Assembly: GCA_037446695.1 (NCBI GenBank)
Contig: JBBIHY010000001.1
Location: forward strand, 213,235 to 277,234
Origin: Bacteroidota bacterium
GTDB taxonomy: Bacteria; Bacteroidota; Bacteroidia; Bacteroidales; PUMT01
DNA: 64,000 nt
Reading direction: 5' to 3'
A program made the translations under genes and the position numbers. Shown here in pieces: positions 29,905 through 40,365 of the stretch. Numbering within the stretch: position 1 is the first letter of the stretch; every line of letters starts with the position of its first letter. Below the pieces are notes generated by a model. The model did not search any database and was not told where the DNA came from. It saw only the letters and a program-made list of their open reading frames with translations.

Positions 29905-30329
29905 CCCTCTATACCCCTACAAGATAAGCACATTAACAATGAACAACAAACATTTCAAAGAACTTTTTCTAACAAAATGTCAATAAAATCAAGCCTTTTG
30001 ATAAATTTGCTTAACTAAACGGCATTGAATAAAGAATGCATAAGGCAGGTTTTTTGAGAAATTTAAAATTGATCAAAATTAAGTAGCGAAATACTTTTTT
30101 TATTCTGCAACAAAATATTAAATTTCACTGATTCAGAGCATTATAATTTTTCCCTGATTATGGCAATGGAAAAAAAGTAAAGATTGGTGTAGTTATTTAT
30201 GATATTGGTCAAATAATTGGAACTTTTATACTATATTGTTCGTTTTATTATTGTGAATCTTTATGATGCAAAATAACTTTGCATTGTAATGCTATCTTAT
30301 GCTTTAAAACAAATTCACAACCCGATACT

Positions 30330-32258
30330 ATGAAAAGAATAGGATTATTAGTTACAATTCTGGCAGTTTTCGCCCTTGTTTGGACAAGCTGCGAAAAGGA
30401 TCCGGGGTCTTCCCCGAAAAAGGAAAGGATGATCATTGAAAATAATCTTTCCAGCCTGAGCAAGAGGGTAAGTATACCTGCTGATGATTATGTATTGCCC
30501 TTTTACCCAGTTCCACCCGACACCAGGCTGAAGAGTCTGAAATACACGGATGTTTCCAGTAATTATGTGATAAAACTACGTGCCGAAGTTGCATCTCCAG
30601 TTTTTGAAGGCAAGCGGATGCAGGCAAGCCACATAAGGATTATAGGAAATTATGCCTTCGTGGCCTACAACAGGCAGGGACCCGAATTTCTGGGTGGATT
30701 TGACATTTTTGATGTATCAGATATTTCCAATCCTGTGTTGATATCCAATGCAATTTTTCCTTACAAGGATATCAGTTCTTTCGACTATGAGAGCCTGGGA
30801 GCCGGTTTGAACAATTTCATCTATACCGCCGGTGCCGAAAATATGGATTACAACTCGGATTTATCTACACCAGCCATTGTTGAACGGTTCATTCTGAATA
30901 GCGCAAACCAGTTTCAGCATGTGAATGAACCCCGGCAGACAACTGACGTAATGAGTTATGTCGCTACCGATATTAAAAAGTTTCATAACCGTATTTATGT
31001 CACCAGTGGCTCAAACGGAGGGTTAACTACCCTGAATCCCGGTATGCAGATCATGAAAACCACAATGATTTCCGATGCACGATCTATTGATGCTGACAAC
31101 GAAAGACTCGTTGTGCTGAAAGGAACCGACGGGGAAATATTTGTTTATGACAGGAACGGTAATCAAACCAGTCACATTGTGACAGGTGGTGCCGGCATTC
31201 CTGAGTCCAAGTCCATGGTCAGGCTTATGGGTAAATATGCCTTTGCCGCCCTTGGTGAATTGGGTATGAAAATGTATGATCTCACTACCGGCCTTGAGGT
31301 GGACTACCTGCCCAGACCAATTGAATATCTTACAGCAGATACTCCTGAAAACTATGTTTCAAACGGTGTATCGGTTAACGACAGGATTATTCTTGTTGCA
31401 AATGGTGGGGCAGGTGTTTATGTAGCGCAACTGACTGAAGACGATCAGATAGCCCTCATGGGGTCAGTGAAATTTGAATCAGGATCTTCTGCCAACTTTA
31501 TTGAAGCAAGAGATAATAAAGTATTTGTTGCTACCGGTTTAGGCGGTTTGAAAATTCTTGAAATTGTACCTTACGATCCGGGTAATGGAGACTATCCTGT
31601 TGACCCGATTGATCCGGAACCTACAATTCCATGCCCAACTCTTTATGACAAGATTGTATCCATGCTGCCTGAAAGATTCAATATTGAAAAGGGGCCTCAT
31701 GCCGATCTGCTTCACCCCAATATGATTGGCAGCCTTCTGCTTACTGAAAAGGCGCCTGTGTTTATTACATGGGTGCACGATGGCGCAGGCTGGAACAATA
31801 CATTTGGATACTATTACTACGATGCAGATAACCCTCCGGCTTCGGTAAATGATTTACAACTTCACGTTGTATTGCCTTATACCAAAAAACACGATGGTTC
31901 TAACCTGAAAAGAGGTGACAGGTTCAGGCTGGGAGGCCCTACCGTGGAATTCAACGCCAATACAAGAATAGGCTTCTTCCTGGTTTCAAAGGGATGGGAT
32001 CCCGGAACGCAACAAATGGTTGGAGGGCTATATACCAACTTTACCGAAAGAAGGTTTAACCACAAAATGTGGCAGCAACATACCATGTTCCTGGAGGAAA
32101 CCTGTAATGATATTGTGGTCACTTTTGAAGATATACGCTTTGGAGATGGCGGCGACAAGGATTTCAATGATTTTATTTTTGTTGTATCCAATGGCGACGA
32201 TCAGTGGGGTAATCAAACCAATTATGCTATTTCAAGAACAGGATTACCTGTGAAATAA
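30330..32258 (+). CDS. lipoprotein with beta-propeller (LVIVD-like) repeats and a C-terminal DUF4114-like domain
   Basis: Starts MKRIGLLVTILAVFALVWTSC (lipobox). Repeats resemble GNYAFVAYNRQG..GGFDIFDVSDISNPVLI. The C-terminus has FGYYYYD...FEDIRFGDGGDKDFNDFIFVVS. Confidence 0.6.
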   Translation: MKRIGLLVTILAVFALVWTSCEKDPGSSPKKERMIIENNLSSLSKRVSIPADDYVLPFYPVPPDTRLKSLKYTDVSSNYVIKLRAEVASPVFEGKRMQASHIRIIGNYAFVAYNRQGPEFLGGFDIFDVSDISNPVLISNAIFPYKDISSFDYESLGAGLNNFIYTAGAENMDYNSDLSTPAIVERFILNSANQFQHVNEPRQTTDVMSYVATDIKKFHNRIYVTSGSNGGLTTLNPGMQIMKTTMISDARSIDADNERLVVLKGTDGEIFVYDRNGNQTSHIVTGGAGIPESKSMVRLMGKYAFAALGELGMKMYDLTTGLEVDYLPRPIEYLTADTPENYVSNGVSVNDRIILVANGGAGVYVAQLTEDDQIALMGSVKFESGSSANFIEARDNKVFVATGLGGLKILEIVPYDPGNGDYPVDPIDPEPTIPCPTLYDKIVSMLPERFNIEKGPHADLLHPNMIGSLLLTEKAPVFITWVHDGAGWNNTFGYYYYDADNPPASVNDLQLHVVLPYTKKHDGSNLKRGDRFRLGGPTVEFNANTRIGFFLVSKGWDPGTQQMVGGLYTNFTERRFNHKMWQQHTMFLEETCNDIVVTFEDIRFGDGGDKDFNDFIFVVSNGDDQWGNQTNYAISRTGLPVK

Positions 32259-32280
32259 TTCTGAAACACAGCGAAATTAA

Positions 32281-32306
32281 GGCTGCCCTGTTGGCAGCCT
32301 TTTTTT
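32281..32306 (+). terminator. rho-independent terminator
   Basis: ggctgcc-ctgtt-ggcagcc hairpin followed by T7. Confidence 0.75.
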
Positions 32307-32345
32307 GTTTTTTGCAAGGAGAAAGGTAATTTTGAAGGTTATTAA

Positions 32346-33446
32346 ATGAGAGGGATGGTGGACAGGAAGCAATCATGGATTCTGGATTTCACAAATGGTG
32401 ATTTTTTAATTATCGCCGGCCCATGTAGTGCTGAAAGCCGCCAACAGGTAATTGAAACCGCAGATGAATTAAAAATATCAGGACAGGTATCCGTATTCAG
32501 GGCGGGCCTCTGGAAACCGCGTACGCGACCCGGATCTTTTGAAGGTGTTGGAGTGACTGGCTTTGACTGGCTCAGGGATGTGAAGGAAAAAACCGGCTTG
32601 CATATTGCCGTGGAGGCTGCCAGCCCGGTACATGTGGAGGAATGTTTAAAAAATGAAGTGGATATTATCTGGATTGGTGCTAGAACCACTTCCAACCCAT
32701 TCTCAGTGCAGGAACTTGCAAAAAGTCTTTCAGGAACAGATATACCCGTACTGGTAAAAAATCCACTACACCCTGATTTAAGCCTGTGGATTGGAGCAAT
32801 AGAGAGATTTGAAAATGCCGGACTGAAAAGAATAGGAGCGGTTCACAGGGGATTTTTTCCATACAGCCACGGAAACCTAAGGAATTTACCCCGCTGGGAT
32901 CTGCTGATTGAAATCAAGCGGCTGCTACCTGAATTACCGGTGATTTCTGATCCCAGCCACATTGCCGGAAATACTCGACACATACACGCAGTGGCCCAAA
33001 AAGCCATTGACCTGGAAGTGCAGGGTTTGATGGTTGAGGTTCATGCCCACCCAACCGATGCCTTGAGTGATTCCAAACAGCAATTTTCACCTGTCGAATT
33101 CAGGAAATTTTTGGCTGGTTTGCATTTCAGGCGAACAATTTCGGAAGAACAGGAATTTTTGGATCAACTACAGGAATACCGCAGCAAAATTGATATGCTT
33201 GATCACCAGATACTTGAATTCCTGCAGGAAAGGATGAAAATCAACAGGGATATCGGCGAATTAAAATGCCGTAGCCAGATTACCATCCTTCAGATGAAAC
33301 GCTGGGAGGAAATTCTTCAAACCCGAACAGAGTGGGCTTCGAAGTTAGGTTTTTCTGAAGAATTTACTCTTAAATTACTTCAGGTTGTCCACGAGGAAGC
33401 CATCAGGGTGCAATCTGAAATTATGAACCGGTGCAGAGAGGATTAG
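32346..33446 (+). CDS. bifunctional 3-deoxy-7-phosphoheptulonate synthase (type I-beta) / chorismate mutase
   Basis: 366 aa. The N-terminal IIAGPCSAES and DPSH motifs mark the DAHP/KDO8P synthase fold. The C-terminal helical CM domain has IDMLDHQILEFLQERMKINRDIGELK. Confidence 0.85.
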   Translation: MRGMVDRKQSWILDFTNGDFLIIAGPCSAESRQQVIETADELKISGQVSVFRAGLWKPRTRPGSFEGVGVTGFDWLRDVKEKTGLHIAVEAASPVHVEECLKNEVDIIWIGARTTSNPFSVQELAKSLSGTDIPVLVKNPLHPDLSLWIGAIERFENAGLKRIGAVHRGFFPYSHGNLRNLPRWDLLIEIKRLLPELPVISDPSHIAGNTRHIHAVAQKAIDLEVQGLMVEVHAHPTDALSDSKQQFSPVEFRKFLAGLHFRRTISEEQEFLDQLQEYRSKIDMLDHQILEFLQERMKINRDIGELKCRSQITILQMKRWEEILQTRTEWASKLGFSEEFTLKLLQVVHEEAIRVQSEIMNRCRED

Positions 33447-33449
33447 TAT

Positions 33450-33704
33450 TTAATCCAGGGGCTTCAGAATAAAGTCAAAGCCCTCCATTATAGGGTTTGT
33501 GAGTATTTTATTGCAGGCATCTGTTATTCTCTCCATGGCAATCTCCTCTGAGGGAGCCTCAATCTCCAGGGTGATATGCTTGCCTACCCGCACATTTTCA
33601 ACATTACGAAAACCAATTTTGTGCATACTCATGGTTACAGCTTTACCCTGGGGGTCTAATAGGGCTTTCAATGGCATTACATTTATTTCTGCAAGGAATT
33701 TCAT
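33450..33704 (-). CDS. purS: phosphoribosylformylglycinamidine synthase subunit PurS
   Basis: 84 aa with VMPLKALLDPQGKAV and NPIMEGFDF. Confidence 0.88.
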   Translation of the reverse strand: MKFLAEINVMPLKALLDPQGKAVTMSMHKIGFRNVENVRVGKHITLEIEAPSEEIAMERITDACNKILTNPIMEGFDFILKPLD

Positions 33705-33714
33705 GTTAAATATG

Positions 33715-34593
33715 TTAGTTAAGTTTAAATATCAGACTGTTGAGAACGGACAGAAATACATAGAGGAGTAATAGCAGGGGGAGGGCTGCAATCTTCAGGA
33801 AAATGATCAAAACGATTGTAAGCGCAAGAAAAATATACCTGAGCTTATTCTCTGCAACAGACAGGTTGCTGAATTTCAGAGAAAACATTTTAATGTTGGA
33901 AACCATCAGGTAGCAAAGAAGCAAAATAAGTCCCATTAAAATGGGTGTTGAAAGAATATAATTGCTGATGAGACTGATTTCTGTAGTCAGAAGTATGTAA
34001 GTGAGTGAGGCGATTAAAATACCACTCGCCGGAGTTGGCAATCCCAGAAAAGTATCCACCTGCCTGATGTCCACATTGAACTTTGCCAGCCGGATGGCCG
34101 AGAAAACCACAAGCAGGAAGGGCGATAGGATAATTGCCAGTTGCCAGAACCCGGCAGTTTCGAAACTGAAAGTAGCATCCCGGTAAATAATGGACATTTT
34201 AAGCAAATGGTGCATCATTATTGCCGGCGCTACTCCAAAGCTTACAACATCAGCAAGGGAGTCAAGTTCTTTTCCAACATTGGAATAAGCTTTTAATACC
34301 CGCGCTGCAAGTCCGTCGGCAAAGTCAAATATGGCAGCCGCAAACACAAAAAATGCAGCTATTTTCAAATCGTCAAAAGACCATACAATTGCCATACAAC
34401 CTGCAAGCAGGTTTAGTATGGTAATGAAGTTGGGAATACTGTTGACAATTTTTTTAGCAAATGACAAGGCAGGGGTCATTAAAATTAGCACTGACAATAT
34501 TTCATGTAAAAATAAGTTAAAAATGGTAGTTTTACTCAATTCAGTGCCATTTGTTGAGCCATTACCCTTATTTTTGTTTCCTGTTAGAGCCAT
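33715..34593 (-). CDS. pssA: CDP-diacylglycerol--serine O-phosphatidyltransferase
   Basis: CDP-alcohol phosphatidyltransferase motif DFADGLAARVLKAYSNVGKELDSLADVVSFG. The true start may be the internal Met at 34479. Confidence 0.85.
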   Translation of the reverse strand: MALTGNKNKGNGSTNGTELSKTTIFNLFLHEILSVLILMTPALSFAKKIVNSIPNFITILNLLAGCMAIVWSFDDLKIAAFFVFAAAIFDFADGLAARVLKAYSNVGKELDSLADVVSFGVAPAIMMHHLLKMSIIYRDATFSFETAGFWQLAIILSPFLLVVFSAIRLAKFNVDIRQVDTFLGLPTPASGILIASLTYILLTTEISLISNYILSTPILMGLILLLCYLMVSNIKMFSLKFSNLSVAENKLRYIFLALTIVLIIFLKIAALPLLLLLYVFLSVLNSLIFKLN

Positions 34594-34605
34594 TAAGAAG
34601 AATTC

Positions 34606-35697
34606 ATGCTGAGAGTGGTTATTAAATATTTATTCTCCTGTTTCTTGCTAATACACGTAGGACAAGGAATTAATGCCCAATCGGCAAAATACTCCAACGA
34701 GTTTCTTACAATTGGTGTTGGTGCACGCGGATTGGGTATGGGAAATGCTTTTGTGGCCTCTGTGGATGATGTTACTTCGGGATACTGGAACCCCGCCGCG
34801 CTGACCTCTCTGAACCAGGATATTCAACTAGGGTTAATGCATGCCGGTTTTTTCGCAGGCTTGTCTAAATTTGATTACCTGGGGGCAGCCACAGGACTAG
34901 GGGAAAATCATTACCTGGCTTTTTCAATTATAAGGGTAGGTGTGGATGACATTCCGAACACTACCCAGTTGATTGATAGTGAAGGCAATTTTGATTACGA
35001 GAGGATTAGCCGGTTTTCAGTAGCCGATTATGGTTTTTTATTCTCCTATGCAAGGGGAACCGGAATCGCGGGTCTAAATATTGGGGGAAATGCAAAAATT
35101 ATCTACCGAAGGGTTGGAGAATTTGCCAGTGCCTGGGGATTTGGGCTGGATGTCTCCGCACTTTATCTCAGGGATAATTGGCGTTTTGGGTTTGTAATAC
35201 GCGATGTAACATCCACTTTCAATGTATGGAATTTTAATAATGAATTGCTGGAAATTACCATTGGTGATTCCGTATTTAACCAGGCTCCGGATAATTACCT
35301 TGAACTGACACTGCCAAGTCTCACTGCGGGAGTTGCCCGGCGTTTTCAAATCAATGAAAAATTTTCATTGCAGGGGGAACTGGATCTGATAGTTACCTTT
35401 GACGGGGAAAGGGCAACTCCTTTTCGTACAGCATTTGCCAGTGTTGAACCGGCCATTGGCCTGGAATGGGGTTACATGGGAATGGTTTTTCTGCGTATGG
35501 GTGCCGGCAGGTTACAGGAGGTACCTGTGTTTGATAACAAAAAAAACCTGACCTTTCAACCAGCAATGGGGCTGGGGGTAAGACTGAACAGGCTGTTTGT
35601 GGATTATTCCATTACAAGTTTCGGGCAGCAGGGGGTTTCCATGTATTCCAATATTTTCTCCATAAGGTATGATTTTCGTGGCAGGAGAAAAGAATGA
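34606..35697 (+). CDS. PorV/PorQ-family outer-membrane beta-barrel protein (T9SS-associated family)
   Basis: Signal peptide followed by NEFLTIGVGARGLGMGNAFVASVDDVTSGYWNPAAL, the characteristic N-terminal motif of this family. The remainder is beta-strand-like and ends in an aromatic-rich C-terminus. Confidence 0.55.
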   Translation: MLRVVIKYLFSCFLLIHVGQGINAQSAKYSNEFLTIGVGARGLGMGNAFVASVDDVTSGYWNPAALTSLNQDIQLGLMHAGFFAGLSKFDYLGAATGLGENHYLAFSIIRVGVDDIPNTTQLIDSEGNFDYERISRFSVADYGFLFSYARGTGIAGLNIGGNAKIIYRRVGEFASAWGFGLDVSALYLRDNWRFGFVIRDVTSTFNVWNFNNELLEITIGDSVFNQAPDNYLELTLPSLTAGVARRFQINEKFSLQGELDLIVTFDGERATPFRTAFASVEPAIGLEWGYMGMVFLRMGAGRLQEVPVFDNKKNLTFQPAMGLGVRLNRLFVDYSITSFGQQGVSMYSNIFSIRYDFRGRRKE

Positions 35698-35736
35698 TAT
35701 TTTGTTTCATTTTCTGAATAAAGGATTCAATAAAAT

Positions 35737-36162
35737 ATGAGGATTGCAATCGATTTTGACGGTACCATTGTGGAAAATAATTTTCCCGGAATTGGGAAAG
35801 AGATGCTTTTCGCTTTTGAAACCATGAGGGAAATGCAGAAACAGGGGAATCAGCTAATTTTATGGACCTACAGGTCAGGCGTGTATCTCGACGAGGCTGT
35901 AGAATTCTGCAAAAGCAGGGGAGTTGAGTTTTATGCCGTGAACAAAAATTATCCCGGGGAGGAATTTGATCCCTCTGTGAGCAGGAAAATTGATGCCGAT
36001 ATTTACATTGATGATAAAAACTTTGGTGGATTTCCCGGCTGGTCTAAAATTTGGGAAGAACTTAACCGGGCAGGAACCGATCCTGTAGTTTTACAATTAA
36101 GATCGGTCATGAAAAGAAAAGGTTTTTCCTCAAGACTTGGTAACCTGTTTCGGAAAAAGTAA
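35737..36162 (+). CDS. small HAD-like hydrolase-fold protein (hypothetical)
   Basis: 141 aa. It opens with the HAD motif-I-like IAIDFDGTIV and later has IYIDDK (motif IV-like). Confidence 0.35.
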   Translation: MRIAIDFDGTIVENNFPGIGKEMLFAFETMREMQKQGNQLILWTYRSGVYLDEAVEFCKSRGVEFYAVNKNYPGEEFDPSVSRKIDADIYIDDKNFGGFPGWSKIWEELNRAGTDPVVLQLRSVMKRKGFSSRLGNLFRKK

Positions 36163-36283
36163 ATTAATTTACGGATGAAACACCCATGATAGTACCCAAG
36201 CACAAACACGGATGAACAAACTATGGGTGTTCCCTGTCTGCCGTCAAGCAGGCATCATTCCTTTTAAAAATATTTTTTTTGTT
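36162..36283 (+). repeat. intergenic hairpin repeat family, locus B
   Basis: aattaatttacggatgaaacacccatg...cacaaacac...ctatgggtgttcc + ctgtctgccgtcaagcaggc + atcattcctttt... It ends at the start codon of the cyclase gene. Confidence 0.75.
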
Positions 36284-37399
36284 ATGATGAAATTAGTTGA
36301 ATGCAGAAAATTGATTTTTTATTTTGCCATTGGCTTTATTTTCCTCACTGGTTGCGGAAATTCCTCACAAACTGATGCAAAGCACAAGCATGAGGGCACT
36401 GTTTCTGAAGTTATTCCTTCTCCAAATGACAGCAGAATAATTGCACCATTGAGGGACAGCGAATTTGTAACAGGTGACAAACTGGAATTAGTAATTGAAT
36501 CGCAGCGCTCCACTGAAGAAATTGATTCGGTCGTGTTTTTTGCAGACGGTAAGAAGTTGCAGATTCTTAAGGAAGGACTTAGCTATACATGGGATTCTAA
36601 CAATTCAAGGGTTGGAAAGATATCGCTTAGGGCACAGGTATTTTATTCTGACGGTACTGCAGACAACCTTCAAACAGTCATAATCCTCAAATCGGATATT
36701 GTTCCCCAATTATATACTTACCGCGTGATTAATTCTTTTCCTCATGATGTGAATGCATTTACACAGGGACTTGTTTATTCCAACGGATATTTATACGAGT
36801 CTACCGGCCAGTATGGCGAGTCCTCCCTGCGTAAGGTAAAACTGGAAACAGCGGAGGTGTTGCGAAATATTTCACTTGACAGGGAGCTGTTTGGAGAAGG
36901 ATTGTGCATTTTTGAAGGCAGACTTTACCAGATAACCTGGAAAAACAGGGTGGGTTTTGTGTATGACAAAGAGACCCTGAGGCTGATTAATAAGATTTAC
37001 TATCAGACGGAAGGCTGGGGGTTGACCACAGATGGGAATAAACTGCTCATGAGTGATGGGTCTCACTATCTTTATTTTCTTGATCCTCTCTATTTTACAG
37101 AAATTAGCCGTATTGAGATTTACGACCATAATGGTCCTGTGGCTAACCTGAATGAACTGGAAATGATTAACGGATTGGTTTATGCAAATATCTTTGGAAC
37201 AGACGATATTGCGATCTTCAGCCCTGAAACGGGAAAGGTTCATGGCTACATTGACCTTTCGGGAATATTGTCCCCACAGTTCCGCCACAGGCAACTGGAT
37301 GTTCTTAATGGAATAGCATGGGACGAAGAAAACAACCGACTTTTTGTTACCGGCAAATACTGGCCAAGACTGTTTGAGATAGAAATCAGACCTAAATAG
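36284..37399 (+). CDS. glutaminyl-peptide cyclotransferase (beta-propeller type) lipoprotein with an N-terminal Ig-like domain
   Basis: Starts MMKLVECRKLIFYFAIGFIFLTGC. It has YRVINSFPHDVNAFTQGLVYSNGYLYESTGQYGESSLRKV and NGIAWDEENNRLFVTGKYWP. Confidence 0.85.
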   Translation: MMKLVECRKLIFYFAIGFIFLTGCGNSSQTDAKHKHEGTVSEVIPSPNDSRIIAPLRDSEFVTGDKLELVIESQRSTEEIDSVVFFADGKKLQILKEGLSYTWDSNNSRVGKISLRAQVFYSDGTADNLQTVIILKSDIVPQLYTYRVINSFPHDVNAFTQGLVYSNGYLYESTGQYGESSLRKVKLETAEVLRNISLDRELFGEGLCIFEGRLYQITWKNRVGFVYDKETLRLINKIYYQTEGWGLTTDGNKLLMSDGSHYLYFLDPLYFTEISRIEIYDHNGPVANLNELEMINGLVYANIFGTDDIAIFSPETGKVHGYIDLSGILSPQFRHRQLDVLNGIAWDEENNRLFVTGKYWPRLFEIEIRPK

Positions 37400-38333
37400 A
37401 ATCCTGTGTTCCTACAATCATTCTAAGCGCACGTGGAATAATACTGAATTCCAATGGAGTAGTGCCAAGTAATTCTCCGTCGGTTTCAAGGTGTATGGGT
37501 GGCCTGGAATTTACCAGCACCTTTTCTCCTGAGAATGTGGATACTTTTGGATGCGTGCCTATTTTCCCGTTATAAAGTTTGGGAAGACTCCAGATAACAT
37601 TGCTGCGGCTGATTTTCCTGATTACTGTTACATCGAATAATCCATCATTGGGTACTGCATCAGGTAACCGCATCATACCGCCACCATTGTATTTGCATAT
37701 CCCCACACTCATACTGAAAACATCCTGCTCCACCTTTTTCCCGTCAATTTCAATGCTGAGATGGGTTGGTTTGTAACTAATCAGGCTTGAAACGAGACTC
37801 TTCAGATAGGCATAGGTGCCACCGGAGCCTTTGTCTTTCATGGCATTGGACTGTTCCACTACAGCAGCATCAAAGCCTATACCTGCAATGTTGATAAAAT
37901 ACCTGTTTTTTTCTCCTCTTTTGTTCTGGTAAGAAACCATCCCCCCGTCCTGCAGGAATTTTTTTTCCCTTAATATAACCTCAATCGCTTTTTTGTAGTC
38001 GTGGGGTATTTCAAACATGCGTCCCCAGTCATTTCCGGTTCCAACCGTAATCATACCGATACTTATTTCTTCCGAGGGCACAATCTGCTGCGACAAAACA
38101 CCATTAACCACCTCATTGAGAGTACCATCTCCTCCAACCACGATCAATTTTTTGTACCCCTTTAAAATGGCCGATTGCGTAATTTCCACCGCATGCATAC
38201 GGTATTCAGTTAACTGAAAATCAAACCTCAGTGGGGATTCCTCTAATAATTCAAGAATATGTGGCCAGTCCTTTTCACATTTTCTGCTTCCTGCAATCGG
38301 ATTAACAATAACGAACCACTCTTTTAGTTCCAT
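37392..38333 (-). CDS. diacylglycerol/lipid kinase family protein (YegS/BmrU-like)
   Basis: 313 aa with VVGGDGTLNEVVNG and GTGNDW motifs. Confidence 0.85.
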   Translation of the reverse strand: MELKEWFVIVNPIAGSRKCEKDWPHILELLEESPLRFDFQLTEYRMHAVEITQSAILKGYKKLIVVGGDGTLNEVVNGVLSQQIVPSEEISIGMITVGTGNDWGRMFEIPHDYKKAIEVILREKKFLQDGGMVSYQNKRGEKNRYFINIAGIGFDAAVVEQSNAMKDKGSGGTYAYLKSLVSSLISYKPTHLSIEIDGKKVEQDVFSMSVGICKYNGGGMMRLPDAVPNDGLFDVTVIRKISRSNVIWSLPKLYNGKIGTHPKVSTFSGEKVLVNSRPPIHLETDGELLGTTPLEFSIIPRALRMIVGTQDSI

Positions 38334-38598
38334 CGCTTATGGGTTAAAGGGCAACAAATATTAATGATTAAATTTGCCGTGTGAATAATTTGCAAATATG
38401 GGAAAATTTTAGGAATCGGTATTTTTTTACTGAAAATTCCCGTTTGTTGATAAACATTCAAAATTGTTAATAACGTGTTAACAAAGCAGGGATGATTGTT
38501 TAAAAGAACAAGAATTGCCATGCAGAAGGAATACGGTTTTCGTTTTATTTTTGGAGTTTTGAAATACAAGTTAAATCACTAAAACTAATTGAACTCAC

Positions 38599-39399
38599 AT
38601 GGCAAAAGTAATTGCACTAGCGAATCAGAAGGGTGGAGTAGGGAAAACGACTACCGCAATTAACCTGGCAGCAAGTCTGGCGGTACTGGAGAAGAAAATA
38701 CTGCTTATTGACGCAGATCCGCAGGCCAATGCCACTTCGGGGATGGGCTTTGATTTAAGAAACATCAAGACCAGTATTTATGAATGCCTCATTGATGATG
38801 TGGATCCCAACGGGATTATTCTGAATACCGAAATCGATGGCCTGGACCTGATACCATCTCATATTGATCTGGTTGGAGCTGAGATTGAGATGACCAATAT
38901 GCCCAACAGGGAGAAGATAATGAAAAAAGTAATTGAGCAGATACATGACAAGTACGACTTTATACTGATTGACTGTTCTCCTTCCCTGGGTCTGATAACC
39001 CTGAATTCTCTCACTGCTGCCAATTCGGTTCTCATCCCGGTACAATGCGAATATTTTGCATTGGAAGGACTCGGGAAACTGTTGAATACTATTAAAATTG
39101 TGCAAAACAGGCTGAACCCCGACCTGGAAATTGAAGGATTCCTTCTCACCATGTATGATTCCAGGCTGAGGTTATCCAACCAGGTGGTGGAGGAGGTGAA
39201 GAAGCATTTTCAGCAGATGGTTTTTGACACCATTATTCAAAGGAATATTAAACTGAGCGAGGCTCCAAGCTTCGGAAAACCGGTGATTATGTATGATGCC
39301 AACTCGGCTGGGTCTCTTAACCACCTGAACCTCGCACGTGAACTGTTGCAAAAAAATAACCAGACCAAGATCAGCAACACTGAAAAGGTTTTAGGATAA
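38599..39399 (+). CDS. parA: chromosome partitioning ATPase ParA/Soj
   Basis: Deviant Walker A NQKGGVGKTT. 266 aa. Confidence 0.93.
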   Translation: MAKVIALANQKGGVGKTTTAINLAASLAVLEKKILLIDADPQANATSGMGFDLRNIKTSIYECLIDDVDPNGIILNTEIDGLDLIPSHIDLVGAEIEMTNMPNREKIMKKVIEQIHDKYDFILIDCSPSLGLITLNSLTAANSVLIPVQCEYFALEGLGKLLNTIKIVQNRLNPDLEIEGFLLTMYDSRLRLSNQVVEEVKKHFQQMVFDTIIQRNIKLSEAPSFGKPVIMYDANSAGSLNHLNLARELLQKNNQTKISNTEKVLG

Positions 39400-39425
39400 T
39401 AGTTTAATTACGTAATTAATACTCG

Positions 39426-40307
39426 ATGAACGCAAGAAAAAACGCCCTTGGACGTGGATTGGGAGCGCTGATTGAAGACAATGAACCGCGTACCTTCAGG
39501 GGAGATGATTCCCTTTTTGAAATTGAAATTGACAGGATTGAGACCAACCCCTTTCAGCCAAGGAAGAACTTTGAGGAGGATTCACTCCAGGAACTCGCCA
39601 ACTCCATAAAAGAACTTGGAATTATTCAGCCAATTACAGTCAGAAAGATCGATAACGGCTCTTATCAGCTAATTACCGGTGAGAGAAGACTGCGTGCTGC
39701 CAGAATGGCCGGCCTGACTTCTATTCCTGCATTTGTGCGTACAGCTGATGACCAGGGAATGCTGGAAATGGCACTTGTGGAAAACATTCAACGCGAAGAC
39801 CTTGATTCCATTGAAATAGCAATCAGTTACCAGCGACTTATTGAAGAATGCAATCTTACCCAGGAAAACCTGAGTGACAGGGTTGGGAAAAAACGATCCA
39901 CCATATCCAATTACCTGAGATTGCTTAAGCTACCGGCAGAAATCCAGTTGGGTCTTCGTCAAAAGAAAGTCAGTATGGGTCATGCGCGAACCCTCATCAA
40001 CATAGAAGATGGAGGTGCTCAATTAGCCATATTTCACCAAATCGTAAAAGACGATTTATCCGTGCGACAAGTGGAGGAGCTGGTTAGAAAACTAAACCAG
40101 CCCGATGAAGAGCAAAAAGCAAAAACTGCCTCAAAACCTATGACAGATGAGGAGTACAATACACTTCGCGATCACCTGAGAAAATATTTTGGGGCAAAGG
40201 TGGAATTTATGCGCAACCCCGCCGGAAAAGGAAAGATTGTGATCCCGTTCAGTTCAAACGATGATTTGGACAGAATTATAGGGGTACTCGACAAACTAAA
40301 CTCCTGA
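39426..40307 (+). CDS. parB: chromosome partitioning protein ParB/Spo0J
   Basis: Has NPFQPRK and GERRLRAA boxes plus the HTH TQENLSDRVGKKRSTISNYLRLL. Confidence 0.93.
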   Translation: MNARKNALGRGLGALIEDNEPRTFRGDDSLFEIEIDRIETNPFQPRKNFEEDSLQELANSIKELGIIQPITVRKIDNGSYQLITGERRLRAARMAGLTSIPAFVRTADDQGMLEMALVENIQREDLDSIEIAISYQRLIEECNLTQENLSDRVGKKRSTISNYLRLLKLPAEIQLGLRQKKVSMGHARTLINIEDGGAQLAIFHQIVKDDLSVRQVEELVRKLNQPDEEQKAKTASKPMTDEEYNTLRDHLRKYFGAKVEFMRNPAGKGKIVIPFSSNDDLDRIIGVLDKLNS

Positions 40308-40365
40308 TTTTACCGTTTTGCTCCTGATGAGAAAGGGTAAAACACACGATGAATATAGAAGCCGG

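Noticed and set aside
36212-36283. N-terminal 24-codon extension of the glutaminyl cyclase ORF in the track (MNKLWVFPVCRQAGIIPFKNIFFV)
   Set aside because: The extension is encoded by the intergenic repeat element. The lipoprotein signal peptide starts at ATG 36284.
38464-38484. Inverted repeat TTGTTAA-N7-TTAACAA in the parA upstream region, as a possible operator or parS
   Set aside because: It is 7 bp of AT-rich sequence, is expected by chance in AT-rich spacers, and does not resemble the parS consensus.
38334-38598. AT-rich 265-bp spacer upstream of parAB as a possible replication origin
   Set aside because: It contains only one DnaA-box-like 9-mer (TGTGAATAA, 8 of 9). There is no cluster of boxes and no dnaA or dnaN nearby.
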